Shown piece after piece: positions 10,365 to 20,020 of a DNA stretch of 64,000 nucleotides. Under the pieces are notes generated by a model. That model was given only the letters and a program-made list of their open reading frames with translations. It was not told the DNA's origin and searched no databases. Origin of the DNA: Gammaproteobacteria bacterium (GTDB taxonomy: Bacteria; Pseudomonadota; Gammaproteobacteria; Natronospirales; REEB76); assembly GCA_027315405.1 (NCBI GenBank), contig DAHUYB010000057.1, forward strand, positions 8,380 through 72,379, read 5' to 3'. A program made the translations under genes and the position numbers. Numbering within the stretch: position 1 is the first letter of the stretch; the number at the start of each line of letters is the position of its first letter.

Positions 10365-11555
10365 TCACGATTTTATCTCGATGGCCATAAGCTTGCGGCC
10401 ATCATTGCGATTCCAGATCGTCTTGCCTTCGAAATCTCCGTTTTGGGGAATAAGGGTTCCCGTTCGGGAGATACGGGCGGTAAGGGCAATATGCGCATAA
10501 TTTGAGATATTGCGGCCTGGCACCATTGCGTCCTTATCACTTAAGGTCATGCTCAATGGTAAATCTCGAACTTGAAACCGGCGTACCGCCAGGGGCGGTC
10601 CATCATGGGAACCCGTCGGTTCCGCATAGACAAAAACACTTTCCTCCGGTGATACTTTAGTACGCAATTTTGAATCCAGGGTTACCTGGATATTGATCGT
10701 AGTGACGTCAATCTGCGGGGATGCCGTTGCGGTATCTGCCCCACCCGCATCCTCGATCGCTTGTTTAACCACAGCTCGGTATTGCGGAGGAAGGTTCTGC
10801 GCCAGAAGCAGTCGCCAGCGTTGTACGGCTAATTTCTTGTCGCCGCGGTGTATTGCCGCGAATCCGCCGTACCATAGGGCACGCACATTATTCGGATCTT
10901 CTTGCAAAACTTTCTCGAATAGCGGGGCCGCCTTCTGCATGAATTGACCGGGATTAGCCAGGGCAAGCGCCTCTGCATAGGACGCCAACAAATCCGGATC
11001 AGAATCTCCAGACAACTTCCGTGCCCGATCCAATGCTTCTACGGCCTCGTTGTATCGATCCATGAGCACATAGGCATGACCCAGCATAATCCAGCCCTGT
11101 AAATCGTTCTGATCGGTGGTATGCAGTCGCCGGGAAAGTTGCGCCACCATTGCATCCATGTTGTGGGCAGTCGCCGCCGGAACGCCCTCCAGCGCCACCC
11201 GCCAATTCCCCAGCTGCCAATATCCGACGGCCATGCCGGTTACCAATACCAAGCCGATAACCACCGCCAGTATCCGGCTGCGCGGCGCTACCGCCCCGGA
11301 TGGACGGGTTTCAGTCTTATCACCAAGACTTGCCGTCAGTTCACGGTCCAGATCCCGAAGTGCCGCCGCGCGATCAGAGATTGCAAGCCGGCCGGCCGCA
11401 ATATCTCGTTCCAGCTCAGCCACCTGGTTTGCATGCGCCGACCGATAGGCGTTCTCATAGGATGGTCGGTTGGCCGCATACCCCCGCCAGAGCGGCACCA
11501 CCACGCAGGCAGCAGCGATGCAAAGCATGAAACCCGCAATGACGAGGAAGACCAA
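10365..11555 (-). CDS. ccmI: Cytochrome c biogenesis TPR protein CcmI/CycH
   Basis: Two TM segments, YWQLG, TPR region (GWIMLGHAY), PPLAV C-terminal domain; last gene of ccm operon. Confidence 0.88.
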   Translation of the reverse strand: MVFLVIAGFMLCIAAACVVVPLWRGYAANRPSYENAYRSAHANQVAELERDIAAGRLAISDRAAALRDLDRELTASLGDKTETRPSGAVAPRSRILAVVIGLVLVTGMAVGYWQLGNWRVALEGVPAATAHNMDAMVAQLSRRLHTTDQNDLQGWIMLGHAYVLMDRYNEAVEALDRARKLSGDSDPDLLASYAEALALANPGQFMQKAAPLFEKVLQEDPNNVRALWYGGFAAIHRGDKKLAVQRWRLLLAQNLPPQYRAVVKQAIEDAGGADTATASPQIDVTTINIQVTLDSKLRTKVSPEESVFVYAEPTGSHDGPPLAVRRFQVRDLPLSMTLSDKDAMVPGRNISNYAHIALTARISRTGTLIPQNGDFEGKTIWNRNDGRKLMAIEIKS

Positions 11556-11557
11556 GG

Positions 11558-11974
11558 TTATATCTCCCGCTCTTCATCCATTCGGGCCCGCCGACGCACC
11601 ACCAGAATTACCACCAGGATCGCGATGCCCAGCAACAGAAACGGTCCGGTCCACAATAACCAGGTGCTGGTCTGCAGCGGTGGATCGTACAGTACAAAAT
11701 CTCCATAACGATTCACCATGTACTGCTTGATTTGCTGCTCACTCCTGCCCTCCGCCACCATCGCATGAATCTGGCGGCGGAAATCCGCTGCCAGCGGTGC
11801 ATCGGAATTGGCAATGTTTTCATCCATGCATTGCAGGCAACGGATTACCTGTAATAGATGCTCGTAGCGGTACTCTAATATGGGATCGGAGAATGGCGGT
11901 TCGCTGTCGATGGCCCAGACCACATGCGTCACCATCAGCAACAGGCAAGCTCCAATCAGCACCCAGGTTCTCAT
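11558..11974 (-). CDS. ccmH: Cytochrome c biogenesis protein CcmH
   Basis: IRCLQC, NIANSDAPLA, RYGDFVLYDPP. Confidence 0.92.
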   Translation of the reverse strand: MRTWVLIGACLLLMVTHVVWAIDSEPPFSDPILEYRYEHLLQVIRCLQCMDENIANSDAPLAADFRRQIHAMVAEGRSEQQIKQYMVNRYGDFVLYDPPLQTSTWLLWTGPFLLLGIAILVVILVVRRRARMDEEREI

Positions 11975-12513
11975 GTGCCCTCGCGGCGCAGGGCCTGGAT
12001 GCGCGGCAGAAAATCGGTACGGATCACTTTGGGGGTGATGGGCCCGATGTACTTGAAGCGGATGATGCCGTGGGCATCGATCAGGAATGTTTCCGGCGCC
12101 CCATAAACACCCCAGTTAATGGCTACGTTCCCGATGGGATCAAAAGCCACGGCGGCATAGGGATTGCCGCGTTCTGCCAGCCATTGCAGTGCACTCTGCC
12201 GGTCGTCCTTGTAATCGAACCCATAAATCGGCACTACCTTCTGCTGGGAAAAGGCGAGCAGTGTCTGCTGTTCATCACGACAGGCAACGCACCAAGTAGC
12301 CCAGACATTGACCAGGGATATTTGGCCTTTGAGTTGATTCTGGTCGAACGTCGCTTTTGGATTGTGCAACCGCGACAAGCTGAAATCCGGCACCGGCTTT
12401 CCGATCAACGGTGAAGATACGATGGTTGGATTGAGATACAGGCCGCGCCAAAAGAATCCCATGAGTGCGAGCAGCACCAGCATGGGCAGAATAAAAAAAA
12501 GTCGCCGGCGCAT
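11971..12513 (-). CDS. ccmG: Thiol:disulfide interchange protein CcmG/DsbE
   Basis: NVWATWCVAC, GVYGAPETF. Confidence 0.93.
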   Translation of the reverse strand: MRRRLFFILPMLVLLALMGFFWRGLYLNPTIVSSPLIGKPVPDFSLSRLHNPKATFDQNQLKGQISLVNVWATWCVACRDEQQTLLAFSQQKVVPIYGFDYKDDRQSALQWLAERGNPYAAVAFDPIGNVAINWGVYGAPETFLIDAHGIIRFKYIGPITPKVIRTDFLPRIQALRREGT

Positions 12514-14510
12514 CAGCGTTCCGGTGCTTTCGCCAGATCCGTATCAGCGTCCTTGGGTGGCGCGCTCACGTCTACGGTTGCCGGCACCCGGACCTGCCGG
12601 TAGCGTTTATCCAGGGTCGCGATGAAGCCGCCCAGCATCATTGTCAAGCCACCCAACCAGATGAATCTGACAAGTGGTTTGTACTCAATGCGCACGCTCC
12701 AGGAGTCCTGCCCAAGCGGGTTACCTAGCGCCACGTACAGATCGCGGAAGGGTCCGGCAGCGATGGCCGCGTTGGTGGTGGTGACATCGTGCCGGAACTG
12801 GCGCTTTTCCGGATAAATCAGCGCGACCTTTTTACCTGCACGGGTCACCGCAAAAGCGCCCTGCACCGCCCGGTAATTCGGACCGGATACAGCATGCACG
12901 CCTTGAAAGGTAAATTGATATCCGTGGACTGCGACGCTGGATCCCGGTTTCATCACCCGGTCAATGGTAATGCCGAGCATGGTGTTGACCGTGACGCCAA
13001 GGATCATTAGGCCAGCACCCAGATGCGCGATGCTCATGCCGAACACACTGCGAGGCAGGCTAACATGCCGGTGATGCAATCGTTGCCACAACCGCTGCAA
13101 CGGCTCCTGCAACGCGCTGAAGATCGTCCAGGCCGCCAACAGCACGCCTGCGGTGGCAATGAAACTGACTTCTGCCCGCAGCAGCACAATCATCACCACC
13201 CCGGCCCAAAGCGCCAAGGCTGCCGGGATACGCAATTTTGACAGGACCTCGGTGACACTGCCGTGTTTCCAGCGTACATAAGGACCGATGCCGATGAGCA
13301 CAAAAAACGGCAGCATTAGAGGCACGAATATATGGTCGAAATACGGTGGCCCCACTGAAATCTGACCGATTTTGAGTGCCCCCAGCACCAGCGGATACAG
13401 GGTGCCAAGCAGCACCGCGGCCGCGGCTACCACCAGAAAGACATTATTGAGCAACAGGAAAGTCTCGCGGGAAAATATTTTGAATCCCCCGCCACGCTGG
13501 CTGAACGTGGGGGCACGCCAGGCATACAGAAAGAGCGCCACACCGACAAACACCCCGAGCATCGCCAGTATGAAGATGCCGCGCCTGGGATCGCTGGCGA
13601 AAGCATGCACCGAAATCAAGATGCCGGAACGCACTAGAAAGGTGCCGAGCAAGCTCAGGGAAAACGCCGCGATGGCCAGCAAAGCCGTCCAACTCTTGAA
13701 AGCGCCGCGTTTTTCGGTGACCGCCAGGGAATGCACCAGCGCGGTCGCGACCAGCCACGGCATGAACGAGGCGTTCTCCACCGGATCCCAGAACCAGAAT
13801 CCGCCCCAGCCCAGCACATAGTAGGACCACCAGCTACCGAAAGTGATTCCGCAGGTCAGAAACAGCCAGGCCACCAGGGTCCAGGGCCGTGACCAACGGG
13901 CCCACATCACGTCCATGCGGCCGCTGAGCAATGCGGCCACCGCAAAGGCGAAGGCAACCGACATACCCACATAACCCATGTACAGCATCGGCGGGTGGAT
14001 CGCCATGCCGGGGTCCTGCAGGATGGGATTCAGGTCCGCACCCTGGGCGGCGGGCGGCAATAGCCGTCCAAACGGGTCAGAAGTAGTCAGCATGAACAGC
14101 AAGAAACCGATGCTGATGATGCCCAGCACACCCAGCACGCGGCTGGAAAAATCCTGCGGCAGATGGCGGCTGAAATGTGCCACTGCCACCGTCCAGATGG
14201 CCAGCACAAATACCCAGAGCAACAGAGAGCCTTCGTGTGCACCCCACACGGCCGTAAATTTATAGACCCAGGGCAACGCGATGTTGGAGTTTGCCGCCAC
14301 ATAAGCTACCGAAAAATCATTGGTCAGAAACGCATAGGCCAACGCGCCAAAGGCCAGCATCACAAAAAAGGACTGGCCGACCGCCGCCGGACGCACCGCG
14401 TTCATCCAGATGAGATTGCCGCGCTGTGCCCCTCCGAGACCAAAAAAGCTCTGGGCCGCCGCCAGGCACAGAGCGATGATCAGCGCCAGATGACCGAGTT
14501 CGGGGATCAT
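12513..14510 (-). CDS. ccmF: Heme lyase CcmF
   Basis: WGAHEGS, HPPMLYMGY, WGGFWFWDPVEN, SVHAFA. Confidence 0.96.
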   Translation of the reverse strand: MIPELGHLALIIALCLAAAQSFFGLGGAQRGNLIWMNAVRPAAVGQSFFVMLAFGALAYAFLTNDFSVAYVAANSNIALPWVYKFTAVWGAHEGSLLLWVFVLAIWTVAVAHFSRHLPQDFSSRVLGVLGIISIGFLLFMLTTSDPFGRLLPPAAQGADLNPILQDPGMAIHPPMLYMGYVGMSVAFAFAVAALLSGRMDVMWARWSRPWTLVAWLFLTCGITFGSWWSYYVLGWGGFWFWDPVENASFMPWLVATALVHSLAVTEKRGAFKSWTALLAIAAFSLSLLGTFLVRSGILISVHAFASDPRRGIFILAMLGVFVGVALFLYAWRAPTFSQRGGGFKIFSRETFLLLNNVFLVVAAAAVLLGTLYPLVLGALKIGQISVGPPYFDHIFVPLMLPFFVLIGIGPYVRWKHGSVTEVLSKLRIPAALALWAGVVMIVLLRAEVSFIATAGVLLAAWTIFSALQEPLQRLWQRLHHRHVSLPRSVFGMSIAHLGAGLMILGVTVNTMLGITIDRVMKPGSSVAVHGYQFTFQGVHAVSGPNYRAVQGAFAVTRAGKKVALIYPEKRQFRHDVTTTNAAIAAGPFRDLYVALGNPLGQDSWSVRIEYKPLVRFIWLGGLTMMLGGFIATLDKRYRQVRVPATVDVSAPPKDADTDLAKAPER

Positions 14511-14971
14511 GAAGCGCCTTTTGCCGCGATTTGGGCCTGCTGGGCTGCCTTGGCCTTCTTGATGGCAGCCGCGACTTCCGGCGGCATGTACTTGGCATCG
14601 TGCTTGGCGAGCACCTGCTGGGCTACGAACAACCCTTGTTTATCAAGCGTGCCGTAAACCACGATGCCCTGCCCTTCACGGAACAGGTCCGGGAGGATGC
14701 CGGTGTACACCACGGGTACCGATTTTTGCATGTCGGTGAGGGTGAAATGCACGGTCATGCTGCCGGGGGAGCGCTGCACGCTGCCCATGGCCACCAGTCC
14801 CCCCATGCGGAAGTGCTGGCCGACATGCGCATCGCCCGCCGCCACCTGTACTGGCGTGAAGTAATACAGCAAGTTCTTGCGAAACGCCTGCAGGCCCAGG
14901 GCGGCGGCCATCGCCACCCCGGCGACAATCACCACGACGATAATCAGGCGCTTGCGGCGTACCGGCGTCAT
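14507..14971 (-). CDS. ccmE: Heme chaperone CcmE
   Basis: PDLFREGQG, LAKHDAKYMP (HxxxY heme motif). Confidence 0.95.
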   Translation of the reverse strand: MTPVRRKRLIIVVVIVAGVAMAAALGLQAFRKNLLYYFTPVQVAAGDAHVGQHFRMGGLVAMGSVQRSPGSMTVHFTLTDMQKSVPVVYTGILPDLFREGQGIVVYGTLDKQGLFVAQQVLAKHDAKYMPPEVAAAIKKAKAAQQAQIAAKGAS

Positions 14972-15144
14972 GTTGGGCGTTCCTCGCTGTGCAGGCTGCG
15001 GCGGCGTAATTCCTTAAGCAGCGCATGTTGCTGGCGTCCCGGCCAAATGGCATTCGCCAGGAGCACCACCAGCGCGGTGCCATAAGCAGGCCAGACGTAG
15101 ACCGCGTAACCGCCCATGGTGAGAAACTCATGCCAGGAGTTCAT
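14968..15144 (-). CDS. ccmD: Heme exporter protein CcmD
   Basis: MNSWHEFLTMGGYAVYVWPAYG, 58 aa; ATGA overlaps with ccmC and ccmE. Confidence 0.9.
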   Translation of the reverse strand: MNSWHEFLTMGGYAVYVWPAYGTALVVLLANAIWPGRQQHALLKELRRRSLHSEERPT

Positions 15145-15878
15145 GATTTCGCCACCAGTGCCCGCACCCACGCGGTATTGCGCTCCCGTTGCAGCACTTC
15201 CACCTGCAGGCGTTTCAGGATGAAGGCGGCGAAATACACCATAAAACCGATAATCATGATAAATAATGGGATGTACATGCTGGGCGGCATTTCTGCCCGT
15301 GGACCGAAGAACACTGTCGGACCCTGGTGCAGGGTGTTCCACCATTTTACCGAATAATGGATGATGGGAATATTGACGATGCCCACGAGCGCCAGGATGG
15401 CGCTTGCCCGGTCGCCGGTGCGCCGGTCCTCGAAGGCGTGATTGAGCGCCATGTAGCCGACATAAAGGAACAACAAAATCAACTCCGACGTCAATCGCGC
15501 ATCCCATACCCAGTAAGTCCCCCACATGGGTTTGCCCCACAAGGAGCCGGTCACCAGGGCGATAAACGTGAAGGATGCGCCCAGCGGCGCCGCGGCGGCA
15601 GACACCGCGTGAGCCAGTTTCATGCGCCAAATGAGGCCGATAGCCGCCGCCACCGCCATAACCATGTAAACCAACATCGACATCCAGGCGCTTGGCACGT
15701 GCACATAAATGATACGAAACCCGTCACCCTGCTGGTAATCCGGCGGCGCCAGCCACAAGCCGCCATACAAACCCGCTGCTATCACGAATAGACTCAGCCA
15801 GCCCAGCCACGGCGCGAGCATGCCGGCAAACTTATAAAAGTACGGCGGCGATGCCAGCTTATGGAACCAGATAAACAT
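15141..15878 (-). CDS. ccmC: Heme exporter protein CcmC
   Basis: YVHVP, WGKPMWGTYWVWDARLT (WWD motif), WWNTLHQ. Confidence 0.96.
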   Translation of the reverse strand: MFIWFHKLASPPYFYKFAGMLAPWLGWLSLFVIAAGLYGGLWLAPPDYQQGDGFRIIYVHVPSAWMSMLVYMVMAVAAAIGLIWRMKLAHAVSAAAAPLGASFTFIALVTGSLWGKPMWGTYWVWDARLTSELILLFLYVGYMALNHAFEDRRTGDRASAILALVGIVNIPIIHYSVKWWNTLHQGPTVFFGPRAEMPPSMYIPLFIMIIGFMVYFAAFILKRLQVEVLQRERNTAWVRALVAKS

Positions 15879-15904
15879 GTTTCTTCCTATTACTGTAGAG
15901 ATCA

Positions 15905-15916
15905 TCTCAATTGCCG
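15905..15916 (+). repeat. Direct repeat, ccmC-proximal copy
   Basis: tctcaattgccg, 11/12 identical to 21245-21256. Confidence 0.55.
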
Positions 15917-16302
15917 ACGCAACCGGTCCACCTTTTGTTTAACTGGTGCGTCGGTGATAAGCAGTTTCCCGAAGATGATATCCTCCGTGGGAGGACGTGC
16001 AATGCTGGAAAACTCGCGCACATAGTAAAGGGTTTTGGCCAGCAGCACGAGATCCGATGTATCCTGCCATCCCAATAATATGCATCGTATGTTGGCATGT
16101 TCCTGGTGCAACTTGCCGATGGCATTGACAGGCATTTCGATAACGTCGCTGGACTCGGTATAAACGGTACGGTCCAAGCGTCCCATCCCATCGCCCCAGC
16201 GACGATAGTATGGACCATTCCCTTCGCCCGACTGTCCTGCGTTCGGGCGCGGCCCGCCCACGATTTTCGCACACAAGCATAAACCACCCTGGTGGGGACA
16301 CC

Positions 16303-16316
16303 ATGATATAGATCAA
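16303..16316. promoter_or_regulatory. FNR/Anr-like box
   Basis: ATGAT-atag-ATCAA, 9/10 match to TTGAT-N4-ATCAA, non-coding context. Confidence 0.5.
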
Positions 16317-16576
16317 CTTGATCAACTCCTCGTCTCGTAATGCGGTATCAACCGCCAACACACTGCAGCGGCAGGCAAACAGCGGTTTTCTTGATCCAGG
16401 TCATTCCGTCCACGTTGGGCTACGCGCAATATCATCCATCAAGGATAATTTGTTTAACAGCATTGTTGCTGCTGAGGGAGGTTGTTGCTGCCGTACGGAT
16501 ATCTGTTTGATTCCGCTCGCTTGCAAGAGGCGGTGAAAATATGCCGTAACGTGCGAGCTTTAAATGGAGAATCAAG

Positions 16577-17314
16577 ATGAGTGGCAAGATGTCTTTTGCC
16601 GACTGTTCCATCAGTGAAAAACTTCTCTACAGTGCCTTCCTGTGCGTAGTGGGTATCGGCTATCTGATGGCGCTGACACTCATCTATCTCACCGACGCCG
16701 GCCTGGATGGCAAGTCGGGAATTAACGTGCAGGACATCGCCATTTCATATTACGGCAACCGCAGCGGTACCAAGATGGAGGCCATGTTGCGGGGGCCGAT
16801 GCGCATTTACAGCAAACCCCTCGATACCGCGCTGCTAGTGGACTGGCTCGAGTCGGGAGCTACCAAGAGCGGCTATGATGCCATCGCGCACCCCATCCTG
16901 CAGAAGGACTGTTTAGCCTGCCACTCCGGCGAAACCGCCAAACGCATGGGGATACCCGACTATTCCATGTACGAGGGCGTGCGTTCTGTCACCCAGAGAA
17001 ACACCGGGGCATCCCTCGAGTCGCTGGTGAAACTATCGCACATACATTTGTTCGGAGTCGGCCTGCTGCTGTTTGTGGTGGGCTTCATCTTCAGACTGGC
17101 GGTGCTGAACCGTTGGCTCAAATGGACATTAATCGTGACACCGTTCGCCTCGATCCTGGCGGATATCCTCGCCTGGTTCCTGACCAAGTGGGATCCGCTA
17201 TACGCCTATGTGGTGGTTATCGCCGGCGCGGTCATGGGGGTGGCATTTACCGCCCAGATTCTGATTTCCCTTTACCAGATTTGGTTATTGCACGTGCCGC
17301 GCGAAGCCCCATGA
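16577..17314 (+). CDS. Uncharacterised 4-TM membrane protein with a c-type heme motif
   Basis: SD ggag; TM1, then a soluble domain with CLACH, then SHIHLFG and three more TM helices. Confidence 0.8.
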   Translation: MSGKMSFADCSISEKLLYSAFLCVVGIGYLMALTLIYLTDAGLDGKSGINVQDIAISYYGNRSGTKMEAMLRGPMRIYSKPLDTALLVDWLESGATKSGYDAIAHPILQKDCLACHSGETAKRMGIPDYSMYEGVRSVTQRNTGASLESLVKLSHIHLFGVGLLLFVVGFIFRLAVLNRWLKWTLIVTPFASILADILAWFLTKWDPLYAYVVVIAGAVMGVAFTAQILISLYQIWLLHVPREAP

Positions 17315-17385
17315 ATTAGGAACGAGATCGGCCGTACTTGGGTGAAACTGTCACAGTTTTCTACGCTACCTTGAGGAGGATTACC

Positions 17386-17871
17386 ATGACAACGCAATAC
17401 GCCACCGGATGGGTCTCCGCGCTATTGGCGCTGAGCATATTGGGCATCAGTCACGGAGTATTTGCTCAGGACCAGGGGCACGCCCACATGATTGATGGCG
17501 TGGCTGTGTACCTCGGTGTCATTCCCGCCGAACTCATCTCCGGCGAATACCCGAAACAGGCTCCCGAGCACCAGATGCACGGCGGCGTGCCGAGCGGGGA
17601 TCACTGGCACCATGTGAACGTGGCTATCTACAACGATGCCACCGGCCAGCGCATCACCAATGCGCGTGTGGTCGCGCAAGTATGGTCGCCGGAAGAGGTC
17701 AACCTGCCGATTCAGAAAAAACCGCTGGAGCCTATGAGCATCGCGGGGGCTGAGACCTACGGCAACTATTTCCACATGCCCGGTACCGCAATGTACTTCA
17801 TCAAAGTGGAAATTGGCCGTCCCGGTTACACGCCGATTATCACCACCTTCAAGTACTACCATCGATCCTAG
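17386..17871 (+). CDS. His/Met-rich periplasmic metal-binding protein, P19/FetP-like
   Basis: SD gaggagg; signal peptide ending VFA; HAHM, HQMHGG, HWHH, LEPM..YGNYF motifs. Confidence 0.7.
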   Translation: MTTQYATGWVSALLALSILGISHGVFAQDQGHAHMIDGVAVYLGVIPAELISGEYPKQAPEHQMHGGVPSGDHWHHVNVAIYNDATGQRITNARVVAQVWSPEEVNLPIQKKPLEPMSIAGAETYGNYFHMPGTAMYFIKVEIGRPGYTPIITTFKYYHRS

Positions 17872-18187
17872 CAGACGGCAGCACGGGGATCGCGGCCAGA
17901 CCAGACATCGGCGCGGAGGATGCGGCCAACTTAGGGAACCCACAATACCAGCGTAAACTGGTGGCCGTTCATCGCGTGGATGGCTAGCGCATAGTGGCCG
18001 AGCGCCAAACGTGTGGAGCGATTGACGGCAAACTGATCGCCGCTCACGTCCCGACCTTGACATTGATGCCGGCATAACCGGGAGCGAGCTGTTGTAGTCG
18101 TAATTATTGGCAAACACGCGCTTGGACAGCGCGGTGAGAGCTGCCCCGTTCCACGCCTCCTCTGTCTTTCCATCGGGACCCCGAAGT

Positions 18188-18613
18188 GGAGTACTGACAA
18201 TGTTCGTCGCGCTGCTTGCCGGTGGTTACCTATTGCTGCAGAGCGGGAGGATATCGGCGAATGCGGATGGCAAGCTGAGCCGGCTTGAACTCTGGATGGC
18301 ACACACCTCTCTGCGCGCGACGCTGCGGCATCAGGCGCCCCGAGGGCTCTGATCCGCTGCCGCTGACGAATGCCAATCTGATCGCTGGGATACCCTTTAT
18401 GGAAGGCCGCCGCAACTTGCGAGCGACGGCGTCGAGGATGACCCGCCGGGGTATTCCTTCTGGAAGATTAAACATGGCATTCGGTTAACCGGAATGCCCT
18501 CGTTCAAGGGTACGCTGATGGATCAGCAAATATGGATGATTGCACTCTTTCTAAAGCATATGAATGCGTTACCGCCGACAGCCGAACATGCATGGCAAGA
18601 AGTCAGGAACTGA
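18188..18613 (+). pseudogene. Cytochrome c pseudogene (frameshifted, CxxCH segment deleted)
   Basis: Across frames: ANADGKLSRLELWMAHTSLRATLR / DPLPLTNANLIAGI / LYGRPPQLASDGVEDDPPGYSFWKIKHGIRLTGMPSF..IWMIALFLKHM; no CxxCH. Confidence 0.8.
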
Positions 18614-18762
18614 TTCACCGTGGCCAGGAAATGCCGGACTGCATCCAATTACCATCATCACACGCGACCGCATCCGGCGCGGCAACGCTCTCGGTACTCT
18701 CCTGGGTAGTGATCGGTTCCCTGGCTTGTCGGATCGGATGTGCGACTTCGGGCGGGTATGTC

Positions 18763-19440
18763 TCACTTGATGTCATGACGCTCAAACGTCTGGCGGATAT
18801 ACAAAACGACCCGGCGGATATCCTTTGGACTCAGTCGGCTGCCCCACGGAGCCATGGCGCTGCCCGGTTTGCCATACTCCACCACAAACATCAGCTGTTT
18901 GTCGCTGATATCCGCCATATCCATGCTGGTGAAATCCTTGGGATTGGGGAACAAGCCGCGGCCCAGCGGAGTTTGGCCGTTGCCCTTATCGCCGTGACAG
19001 ACGCTGCAGTATTTCTGGTAGACGTGTTCACCCACCAGAATATCGAGCTTGGCCTGGGTTATTCCCGCAGGCAGCGGCTGTTGGAGACTGTGGATGTAAT
19101 GCAGCACATCAAATATATCCGCCGGGCTGAGGATTTCCCTCCAACTTGGCATAGCGGTCCCGGCGCGGCCCAGTTCGATGGCGGCAATCATCTGGCTGTC
19201 GTCCAACCGGGCCATGATGATTGGATCGGCGAAGTCGCGCGGGCGTGGCCTCAAAAGCCGGCCGATCGGCGTATCGGCACGGCCATCCGTGCCGTGACAA
19301 GCGGCACAATGCTTCACGTAGATTGCCTTGCCCCACAGGGTGCTTCGCTGGGGAACATTGCCGGCAGTGAGCGGCATGATCCACACCAGACTGAAGATGA
19401 AGCAGACGATCACAAAAGCCACAAGGCGATAAATTTTCAT
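18763..19440 (-). CDS. Periplasmic di-heme cytochrome c
   Basis: Signal/anchor; CAACH and CSVCH, each followed by P.P.DF and AMP.W/AMAPW axial Met motifs. Confidence 0.9.
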   Translation of the reverse strand: MKIYRLVAFVIVCFIFSLVWIMPLTAGNVPQRSTLWGKAIYVKHCAACHGTDGRADTPIGRLLRPRPRDFADPIIMARLDDSQMIAAIELGRAGTAMPSWREILSPADIFDVLHYIHSLQQPLPAGITQAKLDILVGEHVYQKYCSVCHGDKGNGQTPLGRGLFPNPKDFTSMDMADISDKQLMFVVEYGKPGSAMAPWGSRLSPKDIRRVVLYIRQTFERHDIK

Positions 19441-19600
19441 CTTGAGTCCTTTGCTGTGTTTTCTGACAATCAATACGGCTGCTGCGCGTCGGTTCGATCC
19501 CAGACATGGATACCGGCCTTTACCCGCTCAGATGTGCAGCTCCGTCTGCCGGCAATCGCAACAAGCATCACTTCCCTTGCGGCGCTAGCACCGTTCCCGT

Positions 19601-19957
19601 TCATTTGCCTGACACGCCAAACGTCTGCCGCATATAGGCCAGGACCGCCAGAATATCCGCCCGGCTGAGCGAGGGATTGCCGCCCTTGGCAGGCATTGCC
19701 ATGGGCGACCCCGGGCTCTGATAGCCGTTCATGATCCTGTCCACGAGCAGTTTGTCGGAACTACCGAGCACGCCGCCCTTGGTGCTAAAATCCGGCGCCC
19801 CAGGGATGGTGCCCTTGCCGTCCATACCATGGCAGGCAACACAGTTCTGGTTATAGATCTGCTCGCCGTTCGGGACATTCCCGGCGACAACATTGCCGGA
19901 TGCTGTTACCAGCAGCAACCAACCTCCGAGACTGGCTGCCAACATACATAAGCGCAT
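19601..19957 (-). CDS. Periplasmic mono-heme class I cytochrome c
   Basis: SD gaggag; signal peptide; CVACH; AMPAKGG axial Met. Confidence 0.9.
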   Translation of the reverse strand: MRLCMLAASLGGWLLLVTASGNVVAGNVPNGEQIYNQNCVACHGMDGKGTIPGAPDFSTKGGVLGSSDKLLVDRIMNGYQSPGSPMAMPAKGGNPSLSRADILAVLAYMRQTFGVSGK

Positions 19958-20020
19958 ATCGAATCTCCTCTGGTACGCGGGTCGGCGGCCGGTCAATGAC
20001 CATGACGGGCCATGCCATCC

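Noticed and set aside
15902-16361. Overlapping minus-strand ORFs upstream of ccmC, with a faint cytochrome-like tail (GWQD..LYYVREF) and a CQCH
   Set aside because: No true CxxCH or signal peptide; may be a relic but cannot be supported by eye
17872-18187. Short frames (FANNYDYNSS; DQFAVNRST) suggestive of a porin relic
   Set aside because: Similarity too weak
18532-19668. 378-aa plus-strand ORF
   Set aside because: Antisense shadow of the di-heme cytochrome gene
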